From Balanoglossus misakiensis (Eukaryota > Animalia > Hemichordata), in the NCBI GenBank assembly GCA_040954595.2, contig CM082594.2:4883319-4947318 (forward strand): 64,000 nt of DNA, given 5' to 3'. Positions 51,581 through 64,000 of this stretch are shown in pieces. Below the pieces are notes generated by a model, which did no database searches, was not told the origin of the DNA, and saw only the letters and a list, made by a program, of their open reading frames with translations. How positions within the stretch are numbered: position 1 is the stretch's first letter; each line of letters starts with the position of its first letter. Position numbers and translations under genes: made by a program.

Positions 51581-53101
51581 AAATTCTCGATTCTGCCTAC
51601 ATTGGTGAAATGGTCATTTTAAGGACATTTTTAAGGGTTATAGCTCATGAAATTTGTCAACAGATGACAAATTCTCGATTTTGCAACTTTGAAGATTTGG
51701 TCATTTTTGGACATTTTTTAAGGGTTATTGCTCATCAAAATTGTCAACAGATGACAAATTCCCGATTTTGCAAACTTTGAAGATTTGGTCATTTTTGGAC
51801 ATTTTTTAAGGGTTATAGCTCATCAAAATTGTCAACAGATGACAAATTCCCGATTTTGCGAACTTTGAAGATTTGGTCATTTTTGGACATTTTTCATGGG
51901 TTATAGAGCTCATGAAATTTGTCAACAGATGACAAATTCTCGATTCTGCCTACATTGGTGGTATGGTCATTTTTGGACATTTTTCATGGGTTATAACTCA
52001 TGAAATTTGCCAACAGATGACAAATTCTCGATTTTGCGAACTTTGAAGATTTGGTCATTTTTGGACATTTTTCATGGGTTATAGCTCATGAAATTTGTCA
52101 ACAGATGACAAATTCTCGATTCTGCCTACATTGGTGAGATGGCCATTTTTGCACATTTTTCATGGGTTATAGCTCATGAAATTTGTCAACAGATGACAAA
52201 TTCTTGATTCTGCCTACATTGGTGAGATGGTCATTTTTGCACATTTTTCATGGGTTATAGCTCATGAAATTTGTCAACAGATGACAAATTCTCGATTCTG
52301 CCTACATTGGTGATTTTGTCATTTTTGGACATTTTTCATGGGTTATAGCTCATGAAAATTGTCAACAGATGACAAATTCTCGATTTTGCGAACTTTGAAG
52401 ATTTGGTCATTTTGGGACATTTTTCATGGGTTATAGCTCATGAAAATTGTCAACATATGACAAATTCTCGATTCTGCCTACATTGGTGAGATGGTCATTT
52501 TTGCACATTTTTCATGGGTTATAGCTCATGAAATTTGTCAACAGATGACAAATTCTCGATTCCGCCTACATTGGTGATATGGTCATTTTTGGACATTTTT
52601 CATGGGTTATAGCTCATGAAAATTGTCAACAGATGACAAATTCTCAATTCCGCCTGCATTGGTGATATGGTCATTTTGGGACATTTTTCATGGGTTATAG
52701 CTCATGAAATTTGTCAACAGATGACAAATTCTCGATTTTGCGAACTTTGAAGATTTGGTCATTTTTGGACATTTTTTAAGGGTTATAGCTAATCAAAATT
52801 GTCAACAGATGACAAATTCTCGATTCTGCCTACATTGGTGATATGGTCATTTTTGGACATTTTTCATGGGTTATAGCTCATGAAAATTGTCAACAGATGA
52901 CAAATTCTCAATTCCGCCTGCATTGGTGATATGGTCATTTTGGGACATTTTTCATGGGTTATAGCTCATGAAATTTGTCAACAGATGACAAATTCTCGAT
53001 TCTGCCTACATTGGTCAGATGGTCATTTTCGCAAATTTTTTCATGGGTTATAGCTCATGAAATTTGCCAACAGATGACAAATTCTTGATTCTGCCTACAT
53101 T
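51581..53101. repeat. 88-bp tandem repeat array (~17.3 copies, two sequence variants)
   Basis: Unit ACAAATTCTCGATT[variant]TGGTCATTTTTGGACATTTTTCATGGGTTATAGCTCATGAAATTTGTCAACAGATG. The period of 88 was checked at 52108/52196. Confidence 0.95.
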
Positions 53102-53917
53102 GACGAAAGAATTAACAACAGAGCCCTCAAGTGGTAGAAACACAATCTACTCTGAACTTTTTTGACCCTCACCACTCAGGGTTGAACTTGAACTTACTAA
53201 ACACAGTGGACAAGGAAACTTTATCAATTTTCAACACACAAAATAAAACTTTGGAAATTTAGACAATTGGCTAGTACAAGTGAACAATGTGAGACCTACT
53301 ATTGATTACACAAACAAATATGTACTATATCAAGTTTACCTTATTAATCACAATTCTTCATTTGTCAATCACAGGAAAAGAAGACATGTTCGAGGTATGT
53401 GATCTCAGCTAGGCACAGCGGACACTTCTTACATTCCTTGGGACTCATGAGACCACATCGACAGGAAGCACCTAAAGAAATTAAGACAAAATGAAATTGA
53501 TTAACTAAATAACATTGTCAGCCATATGCAAAGTTGAATTTAATGTTTCATTAAATTTAAAGAATAAAAAATTCAAACCAAGAAAGTTGATTTTGTGTCT
53601 TGATGTCAGACTTTTCAAGCCAATGGTCAATAGTAAACAAACACCTAATTTTCACCCTACATTTTGTATATACAAAACAAACTACAGATCCCTAATATTT
53701 TGAGCAAGATTTATCAGGCATGCAAGGTATAAGGCAATTAAATATGCCAGAAATTTCTGGCACTCTTAGTAGGTAGTCAAGGGGGTAGGTTAAATGTTGA
53801 GAAATTGATTTACAAAAAAAATCCTTTAACCCCTAACCCTAATTTTATGTCAATCATATTGCTAACCAATCAAAGACCTTCTGAGGTACTGCACATAGGC
53901 AAAATGAATCCAATTAA

Positions 53918-54730
53918 GGCTGCATTCACAAACACCTCTGGAGGGGGGGGGGGAGAATTCAATTTTTGTTACCGTTAATTTTCACATGCCCCCCTCAACA
54001 ACCCAAAATATTTTCAAATCCCCCCCTTACGAACTGCTAAAATTTTCAAATCCCCACCCCCACTTTCTTTCACACAGCAAAACACATCACCTATCTATCT
54101 TGTAAAAAAGAAAAACAGCGTTCCCATGAAAAGAATCTGAAACTGATGTTTCCCCTTATCAGTGGGTATTAAAACTGAACATTGTTTCTATTTTTTAAGT
54201 ATTTTGTAATCTGTGTTGGGAGACATTGTAAACCGAGAAGTGAAGGGGGTGGGTTTGGGAGGGGGTGTCCCCCTCCCACGTAAGAAAATTTTACAAAATA
54301 CAGAGTTCAAACCTGCATTTTAATGAACCCAAAAGCAAATTAACTCAACTACCGGTATGTTGAGGAGGACAAATTTAACCTTCGGCGCTCAAAGTTAGCA
54401 GGGGGGGGGGGGGGAAGTCCCCTGACCTGGGACACTAGATAAACCAGTCAATGATTTAAAGGTGTTGATGAATGACGGGGGTGGGGTGGGAGGGGGTGTC
54501 CGGTCCCCCTCCCGCATGAGAAAAATTTGTATCATGAAGGGTTCAAAACTGCATTTTTGTGGACTCAAAATAAATATTTAGTCCTCAAAGTTTTCAAGTC
54601 CCCCCCCCCCTTTACAGTCGGACCCTAAATTATTTCAAATCCCCCCTTACATACCCTCAATTTTTTCAAATCCCCCCCCCTCAATTCTCCCGCCCCCCCC
54701 CCCCCTCCAGAGGTGTTTGTGAATGCAGCC
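53918..54730. mobile_element. PIF/Harbinger-type non-autonomous DNA transposon (813 bp)
   Basis: Perfect TIRs GGCTGCATTCACAAACACCTCTGGAGGGG / CCCCTCCAGAGGTGTTTGTGAATGCAGCC with TAA TSD on both sides. Internal TTTTCAAATCCCCCC sub-repeats and a duplicated G-rich block (~54245, ~54477). Confidence 0.85.
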
Positions 54731-57677
54731 TAATCAATCAAAATAAACAAGCAATCAAATCGAACATGGCATTATCACCGATACGCGTTACGCCGGGAAC
54801 ACACTATGTAATTCTTATGGGTGCCGCCATTGCATTTTGATCACTTCCTTATGTGAAACTCAATTTGGGAATGGAATGGAATTACTATACTATACCTTAT
54901 TCATTGGAGAAGTGCACGTGGTTATGCCTATGCCATGGGCGCCGCCATATTGTTTTGTCGTTTCCCTCGGCGTCAGTACACTGTACGTGAAACCAGTCCC
55001 GAAGAGGGACTGTGGTGAAACCAATGCGGCAACTCATCACAAATCCTACTCAGATTCATTTGGACCACAAGTCGAACAAAGACAGTCAGCAGGAAAGTGA
55101 GCGTTTTAACGCGTTTCGGGTCAAAGCAGTGCAGTATGACAGTACATAGGCATACAGGCAGACGCCATCTTGAAACACGCCACCTCTAGTCTACTTCAGA
55201 AAATCTGCATGTGATGGAGTCACCACCTGCGGGCGCACTGTATAGGCCAGTGCATCCAAAACGCAGCCAATATTGGCCACTTCATGAGTAGCTGCGGGTA
55301 AACTCAGTATAGTCCGGAACTTGAAACCCAAGACCAAGGGTGACGACGAAAGGGACCAATTCCAACCCTCCCTAAAATTAATTGTTCTGTCCCTTAAATT
55401 CAGATCTACACTATACGGATATCTACCGCCATATTACACATGGCATGGGAGCATAAAAAACAAGAACCAAAATCATTGGCTTGTAAATACATCCTTATTT
55501 TAATAAGCATGACAAATCACATCATTACATTTAATCAGAATCAAAAAAGAAAACAGCCAGACATAAAATACAGCGGGGAGTGCATCTTTAAAATACTACA
55601 AGTATAATAAAAAGGACAATACATACAAGCAAACAAATTTCTCGTTTTTCATTTACAATGCGTGTAACTAATTCTCTACCCCCCTCCCCACTTAACCCTC
55701 ATCTTTTTCATATATCATGTTTACATAAAGAAAAAAAATTATCTGCTGTGAACCATCATCATTTTAGTGGCAAATGTGATTATAATACAAGTACACATTA
55801 CTGGCAGTCGTCAACTAAAGAAACTTTTACAATTTATTACCTAATTATCCAATCCCTCCTGTTTAATTGTTCAACTGATTTCTCGTTATTGGTTAGAACT
55901 GGGGTGAGTAACATGCTGAAAACTGCATAGATATGCATTTATAGTCCAGACATTTCAAGGGCAGAATTACCAAACAAACAACCCCAAGATGGCTGCTTTT
56001 TTCACAGAGCTACAATTGAGAGACCAGAAATCGTTATGATGAAAATTTAAAAAACAAAAGAGAAGTCAAACTCATTGAAACTAAATGAAAGTTTTTTTTA
56101 AACACAAGATTGCAAAATAACAATTGGACTAAAATGTTAGTTTCCCATTTTTATAGGTTGTGTTGGGGGAAACATGTACCTAAATTTGAGTGATGTAAAC
56201 TATTACATGAAGTCAGATTTCTAGTTTGTCGCTTGGTAGGCAGACCAGTGGGATATGTTCACTATTGTTTTTCAACTGCATGATTTTTGATAAACTGACA
56301 ACCAAATTTGCTACGCCTGTCCCTATTGGCTGAATAATGACCAGCCCTGCTGTTACGCTCATCCTGATAGGTTGAATTGTGTATTATGCTTATTTTTATA
56401 TTTCCAAGTGAACCGATTTAAGTACTTGCCCTGGTTGGCTGTAACACATAACAGAAATTGCAATTATGTTCTATTTTGCACTGGAACCAAAATTTCAAAT
56501 CAGAATGGGTTTTTTTCACCAGTTTTCTCTGCAGCCAAATGTCTCGATCAATCCTGTGAAATCAATATTTAATTGGCAAATAGTGGCAAAGTGGGTCAAA
56601 TTTTCTACAAAGTGTAAATGAATGAGCACTTTTACACATCAAAAATAATAGACTTGTCACGTCAACAAAATAAGATGTATGTCTTTTTTTTTGTACACAC
56701 TGAAAAGTGGGTACTGGTTTGCTCGTAATTGTGATGGGTTAAACCAGAACATGTTACAAAATGCACATAGATAACAAATTCTACGCTACAGTATAGTCAC
56801 TATTTACACTTTCCTTTCCGACAAGAACGGATAATTTGCTTGTGGATGTGCCATACATTTTAAACTCAATCAACTCTGATATTTTTTTGTCTTCAAAATT
56901 CTGATCTACGACTGGAGTCAACACCCGAGCTATCAGCCGAACATCGACAAATTGCTTCAACAAGAATCTTCAGCCTAAACCCAGGAGTGGTGGTGGTGTT
57001 TGCACAAAATGACCTCAAACACTGTCATGGCTATTCTAAAAAAATGTCAAATTTTCCCTGTGGCATTTTCTGATGTTCGAACAGACCCAGGAATGGCTGT
57101 TCAATGGTCAACCAATCCTGCTGGGTCTTTGACGAAAGTCATAAAACCTGAAACAACCTACATGAATCTTGTTATATAATTCAGAATTTTTATGCAGTTT
57201 GGCTGATATGTTCAAATTTCTTTTACTCAGAGTAACCACAGTTGATATACGAATGAAGCACCATAGTTATTTATAAGAAAATGAAATTTCCCAAATACAA
57301 TACTCTCCTGCACCAGACCCAGGAAGGACTTGAAATCCCTTTTGTAGGTGAAAAAAATCCCTAAAATACTTGTGGGGTTCTAATATTTTCTGCTCATTAT
57401 ATTTCTCCCAGATTTTTTTATTTGAATATTTTTGAAATGAACGTTTAAAATGTATGGGCAAGTACATGTCTCCTCTATATCTCTGCCTCGTTCTGTCTCG
57501 CCATCAAATCACAGCTTTCATATTACACTGTGTGTTTCCACTGGGGTAACACCACCAGATCTATCTCAGGCAAAGACTGTTGAGGGCCGAAAGCTGGGGA
57601 ACAATGCATCGCTGACATCACCAGTCTCAAAAAACAAACAAACAAAAGAATGCAACAGTCGCACATCAATCGTTCCT

Positions 57678-60600
57678 TCAAACTCCGTTGTCATGCTTCC
57701 CGTCGGCCACCTGTTTCTCGGCCTGCGATCTCTTGATGTACAAGTTCAGCAACTTCATCTGGAGAGAGGGAGAGGGGAGGGAGATGATAGATGAGAATTA
57801 GTATTGCCTCTTCACATACTTGAAACATCAGCTGGTCTTCAAAGTCAGCCTCTCTATTATAGTCGACAATGAAAGTCAATTTTACGTCTTACGTAAAATG
57901 AAACTAAGTTTTATGTAAATTCTGGAAAAACTACTCTTAGAATCAACTGGGTACAACTCTCAAGCTTAACATCACTTAGTTTAATATCAATTTAAGTTGC
58001 ACAATTTGCTTGATTATTGGTAATACCAGTCATGTAGTTCTGGACATGAAATTGAAACTTACTTTACTACCAGAAAGGTCTCCTAGATACTCCTTCAAAT
58101 CATCACCAATGACATTGTGTATGGCAACAAGGCAGAACACACTGCCTTTACGGACACTGCTATCGGGATGGTCATAACCCTATGAATGAGAAATACACAC
58201 AGTGTTATGATCAGAATCACAGCATTTCAATATACAAGTCAGTCTTTCGCATAAAAAGATTTTTTATACTTTCTGCATACAACATAGGCTGAAATGAGCA
58301 CTTTGTACATAGTGTTATCAGAATCACAGAATTTCAATATACAAGTCAGTCTTGCGCATAAAAAGATTTTTATACTTTCTGCATACAATAAAGGCTGAAA
58401 TGAGCACTTTGTACACCTGCCCACAGATTCTCAAGGTTTTTTTTGTGAGTGACTGTAATTGTTTTGTCAGCTTGTCTACAAGTACAACCTGGTATGGTAC
58501 TTAAAAATATTCAAATGAAGTTACACTACACTGACAGAAAATCCTGAACTTTATCGTTCAAATGAGGAATGTAAAATCAACTGCATGTTACTTTTACCTT
58601 AAGCAACCCTGGGATCATTTCTGGTAACACATCAGTCAAGTCAGCTTTGGGAAATAATTCCACAACCTATTGAGGAAATATACAAAAAACAAATAAGCTC
58701 TATCTGATAGAAGTATTATGGGATGTTTGCACCTAGTGGAAACCAACACTCTTGGCGTTCTTTACTTTCAAATTTCAGATATTCGTGCATTTTAATCTGA
58801 TTTACATTTACACATTGCTGTTCACAACACAAAGCTGCAAATATTCATGTCATGTTACCTTTGTCAGCATTTTAATAGCACCTAAATTGACTGGATAATC
58901 AGCAGTCTGGATGAGGGGGCACAAGACCCTGACACACGTCTCTGGTGGGATGGAATTTGCTAGTGTTGCCGTCGTCTCTTCGGCTGCTCGTAAAACCTAC
59001 GAAAACATAAAAAGCGATTTCTTGAATAGCTGATTACGCTAAAATGGTCAGAGACCCAGAAAGAGCAGCAATGAATATGGCTGCGTGGAATTCTCGGATA
59101 TTTTTCAAACTACAATTCCTAAGCGAGAGTTCTGTAACACACGTGAAAATTTTCGCTCACGATTATATGCAAATTTATGCAAATGATTTACGTGTGTCGT
59201 ACGACAGCATTGATAGTGTAAATCCTGGAAATTAAACCCACCACAAGCCTTGGTTTCTGGTATGGAAAAATACACGAAATTTAGTTCTCACCTCTTTCTG
59301 CATGTCTTTGTGCGCCTCCAACACTTTCAGTATCGTCAATTCGGCGTACTCCACGAACCGATCCGGTTGATTCTTGACGAGTTCCCGAAGAGTCCTCAAC
59401 GCCAACGCTCTGACCGTCGAGTCAACATCATTGAGTGTCTCCGTTAAAACCAGTAGTACTGCTTTGAAGTGGACCTCCCAGGGGGCGTTCAGATCTTCTC
59501 TGGCTATCTTCATCAGCTGCTGTAGGGCTGACTGCCTTTCTTCATTCCTACAAAAGAGTACATTATACTGCTGCTTTTAAGGTGGTAACGTGCCTCGGGG
59601 GCAGATTTTGGGGAGTCTTTATGAAAGCAAAGAAGAAAACGGTTTCATCTCCTAGTTTCCATGAAAATTGCTAATTTAAATTTTCTAAACAGACAGAGAT
59701 TGGCAGCCATTTTGAATTTCGAATTTGAGACTTGTCAGATCCAAGTCAGCATTAAATAATTAAAATGGAAGAGGTTGATACTCTAATGGAAAGTTTACCT
59801 TTCGTTGTGATTTGATAATTCTCGGATAATATCAGCTAATATGTCTCGATCTGAAAAGGAAAGGGGTAAATTGTCTCAGTATAATATGAATTGTACCATA
59901 TATTTGAAACACTCTCAAGCAGAAAACTAACATGGGAAAAGTGGGTAACTTGCACCAGGCCATCTGTGATAAATGGTTGGCCATTTTGAATACTGCATCC
60001 TGGGTAATTAATAAACACTCCAGCTTACCTCTGTCGAATGGTTCATCTATGTTATCATCAAGTGTGGCTTCAGCCAACGCTGGTCTGTTAAAACTATTGT
60101 TAACAGCCTGGAGATAAAAGTCAAATGTTGGTTAAATTTTGGCAAAATGATTCAGGCGGTCTTTTATAATTATGCAAATGGTACTGATGTTAACAATTAC
60201 TGGTTAACAACACATGATGGATACCAAAAGCTCATATCGTCTCTGCTTAAACACACAATGGACAACAAAGCCCATACTATCATTGCTCTAACACACTGTA
60301 CATAGCAAACTTCAAGTCACCTCTATACAACCACACGGTGGATAGCATAGACATGGTCATATCTGCCAAAACACGCAACGGGTAACAATTACTCATGCTA
60401 TGTGACACAAAACAAAGTGAAGCCTAGATTCATACTTAAGGACATCATCCATAAACCCAGATTTACCCTGTGATCCTTCGTTAGTTACATCAATGTTAAA
60501 AATAATATTTAACCCACACATGACAATGACTATGTTCACATCGTATGTTAGAACAGAAGTGAATGACGTGCATTAGTACCAAATTTATATTTGAAGTATT

Positions 60601-63522
60601 CAAATGTAATGTCCCCTTTTATGATGAACATATTTGAATTCATTTAGATCATGATTGTTTTAATGTTTGAGGATTAATCTACCTACATCCCTATCTAGGT
60701 TTTTTAAGATACTGTATTATGTTGGATGTTACATTTGGGAGAGTGAGGAGGTGGTTGTGTTATGGCCAGTTGTGTATTGATGAGTGAAGAGAATCAAATC
60801 AGTAGCAAATCGTGAAATACGGGATTATATTAACAAATCATAATGAAATTAAAGATAGCTAGAAGAAATGAAGGGAAATGAAGATGAAGTCTGGGAAATT
60901 GGAAAAAAATTCCATTTCAGTGCTGGAAAAGATTAGACAGAGAAAAGTTAAAAAATAAAACGTGAGAAAATTAAAATAAGGCACAAAACGTTACTAACGT
61001 TGTCTGTGTAGTTCGAAGGGTTGTAATAGTGTGACTTAATGGTGTCGTGGCGTTTGGGGCTACTCTTGGACAACCCCTCGGACGGGCGTGGCGCTTTGTG
61101 ATCGGCTAAGGCCTCGGGACTGTCTACTCTAACGTCTGGGATGGAACTGGTGATTCCACTATCGCCCGATACCTCATCGCTCTCGATTCGCTCCGGGTCC
61201 TTGGCGAAGTCGTCCAGGTCGTCACGGCTACTGCGCAGGCTGAAGTTCTGGATCTCGGCCGTGGTGCGCCGCAAGGAGTTGTAGATCTCCTCCGAGTTCA
61301 TGTTTTGCATGTCGTAGTCGGAGTCGGGGTAGGTTGCCCTCGGCGACAGGGCCTCGCCGCGAGGGGACATCATCGCTCGGGACTGGTACGCTCGACTCGG
61401 GGTGTTACGCGGCCTGGGTGGAACGTTCTTTGATAGAAATAAACACCAAAAATACAAAAGGAACAAAAAAAATAACACAAAATTGGCAAATTAATGGGAG
61501 GAATAATCAAAATAATAATAATAATTCTATTTCAAATCAGCATGCGTTAAGTTAAAAATAAAATCTTTGCATAAATTTCATTTCAGGTGAGTGTTTCAAA
61601 CATTCTTACAAAGAAAAAAAATCGGTAAAAATATGATCTACAGGTTAGTGAGTGAAATGGTTGCAGAAAAGGATGATGGGAAGGTGCTCTACTTTAGATG
61701 TGTAATTAACTCGAACCATCCTGTTTAAATCTAAAATACCGACGAAAGAAAGATTACTACCAACTAGTACAGGCCATTCCCGAAACCACTCTGTCTGCCA
61801 AGTTTTTCCAGGTTGTTAGTAGAATACAACCACATGACAAACAAAAATACAAAACCACAACAAAACAAGACTAACAGTGTCTCGTGGATGCACTAACCTC
61901 GTTTTCGTTGCTTGTGTTCCGTAGGTGATTGTGCAGAAGTTTTGTGGCACCGTCCTGAAAAGAAAAAAAAACATATTTCAGCAAGCAACACAAAGCTATG
62001 CAATATAATATCATATGATGCAATATAAATTTAATACACCAAGCAATATACTACAATACAGGTGACAGTACAATACAATACAACCCAATACAGTGAAATA
62101 CAATATGAATGGCTTCAGCTCCATAATACAACAACTGGTTCACACACATTCAAACGATGTTTGATTTCTTGGCTGTCGATCACAACACACAAAACAGACA
62201 CAACCACGATTTCATACCTGGAATGTCTTAGGCAATACCGACAACATCATACTGAACTCGGGCGTGTTCAGCTCAAATAAGCCAATCAGTACTAGTTGAG
62301 ACACCTGTCAATCAAAAAATGTATGAATACATTAAATATGGCAGCCATCTATTCGGAAATAAGTCATTTGATTTGAAAAGGAAAGCTCAATGGAATGGAA
62401 GAATTTCATATCATTAGCTGAGTACAGGTAATTGGCAAACAGATATATCAAGCACTTTCAAGCATCAGCACACAGTATGACCCTGAGAAGGTTCCAACAA
62501 AAGCGGATCTAAACGTACCTTCCTGACGTCCAAGGATTTAGCTTCTCTGGTCCAGCTGATGATACGACTGACAGCCAGTCTGGTTTCACTGGAGTTCACA
62601 AAGTCTGAGGGATCCATCAGTTCTATGAGATACTGCATGTACTTCAACAATGCCACTTTCGTCTGCGTATGAAAAAGAGAACAGAAATTGCTGTAAGGTT
62701 GTCTGTGAAGGATCGACTCAAACCCTGGTGGATATGTGGACAGGGAGGATACATTAGGCCAAATTTATGTCCACAAGTCCACTCTTGGCAGAGGAAATGA
62801 TTTTCAACCAAACTATGGGGTGATGGGGTTAAGTTAAACTTTGTGGTTTCTTACCTTGACATTGGGTGTCTGTGTTTGGTCCACTATAAATCGGGTTAAA
62901 ATATTGAACTGCATGTCATAGGGAAAACTGTCTCTGTAAGCAGAAAAAAAACACATAAATCTTTATCAGTTCCAGTTACTTGCTAATGACAAGAGGGCTT
63001 GATTTTTTTCTTTCATGAAGTGGCATTGAGTAAACCGAATGACAAGACCGATGATGTTTTCAGATGGTTGGTTTACATATTGAATTTTCTGTAGTACAAA
63101 GGATACTGTTATGTAGTGCAGATTACATGTGGGAATCTCAATTTTTCCAACATTATTTTTAGATTAATCCACTCAAATTTATCATCAACCTAAAAATGGG
63201 GCACCACTACACTACTAACAATCAAATGACTAAATATACAAAGTATTTTTAATTATTTCTGTATTTGAGGCAATTCCAACATGGCTGCCTAACAACCAGC
63301 ATATCATAGCCACTGATGCAGTGAACTATGACCTTGTAAAGGTGTGCTATACCCTTACCTGACAACATCTAATGCCCTTTCCACTTTAGCATGCACCGAG
63401 CCCAGGAGATCCATGCCCATTTTAAGTAAGAGTCGAGTCAGCAATATATACAGCCAGTCACTCAGGTCCATTTTATGAATAGCAATAAAATCTGATAAAG
63501 TTTCTAAAAACAAACTGAAAAC
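57678..63522 (-). CDS. CLASP1: CLIP-associating protein (CLASP), 3' portion (TOG3 end, linker, C-terminal CLIP-interacting domain); 5' exons lie beyond the window
   Basis: Exons 63522-63359, 62933-62855, 62662-62519, 62304-62218, 61954-61898, 61427-60999, 60107-60029, 59850-59799, 59547-59292, 58996-58859, 58666-58598, 58179-58063, 57758-57678, all phase-consistent. Motifs include DWLYILLTRLL, DQTQTPNVK, NSSETRLAVSRII, LFELNTPEFSMML, DGATKLLHNHL, SEEIYNSLRRTT, ELSNHNER, SSVRKGSVFCLVA and KLLNLYIKR. Probably the single invertebrate CLASP1/2 ortholog. Confidence 0.95.
58200..58416. repeat. ~108-bp tandem duplication in a CLASP intron
   Basis: AGTGTTAT...CAGAATCACAG...TTTCAATATACAAGTCAGTC...GGCTGAAATGAGCACTTTGTACA is present twice. 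Confidence 0.85.
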
Positions 63523-64000
63523 CTGGAAAACAAGGAAATGTGGGTTACGATTTGTGAAAATTTTTGTAGGTTTGGTTGTGCTGAACAGATGAGTCAGTAA
63601 AGATGAATTCTTTTCAATCCAACAAATCATATTTTCTGTTTTATGCATGTGTAAGATAATGATTCATAACAAAATATACTCTTGTTTGTTTCAGCTGTGT
63701 ACTGAATGTTATTTGTGGTCAGTTTTTGGTTTTCTACTAACCTTGCCATGGGGGTCTGCAAACATTCTTGTAAATATTTCTGTACATCTCTTGAGTTCTT
63801 GACGGCTGATAAAAGAAAGTGAGAAACGCAACGAATGACTAACCACATCTTTGTGCGATTTGGGACGGACTTAGAAAAACATTCTGTTTGCCTAAGGGTG
63901 CCTGATTTTGAGATAAAATGATGAATGAACATCCCACACACTACTGTCCAGAATGCTCAGCTAAAAACTTTTTGAGTTTTTCAAATATGGCTGCCTGGTG

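Overview
Eukaryotic, intron-rich animal genomic DNA. The repeat style and gene content suggest a marine invertebrate deuterostome, which is an inference only. I reconstructed five spliced protein-coding genes by hand from GT-AG boundaries with consistent exon phases: CRPPA/ISPD (+, 9 coding exons, 15363-30075), DAZAP2 (-, 38910-34909), a pirin (+, 7 exons, 39870-42794, head-to-head with DAZAP2), a small death-domain-only gene (-, 44780-43965) and the 3' part of CLASP (-, 13 exons, 63522-57678, continuing beyond the window). The first 15 kb and the CRPPA introns are non-coding but rich in enhancer- and promoter-like motifs. The 45-54 kb stretch is a patchwork of tandem arrays (209 bp; 42/46/48 bp with a ~490 bp higher-order period; 88 bp with two interleaved variants) around a 179-bp palindrome. 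Several MITEs and microsatellites are also present. The best-supported unusual observation is that DAZAP2 carries two tandemly duplicated, intact 129-nt last coding exons whose conserved ends differ only at synonymous sites. Other points of interest are a pirin with bacterial-type sequence features and a stand-alone death-domain protein. No CRISPR array, tRNA or rRNA was recognised.
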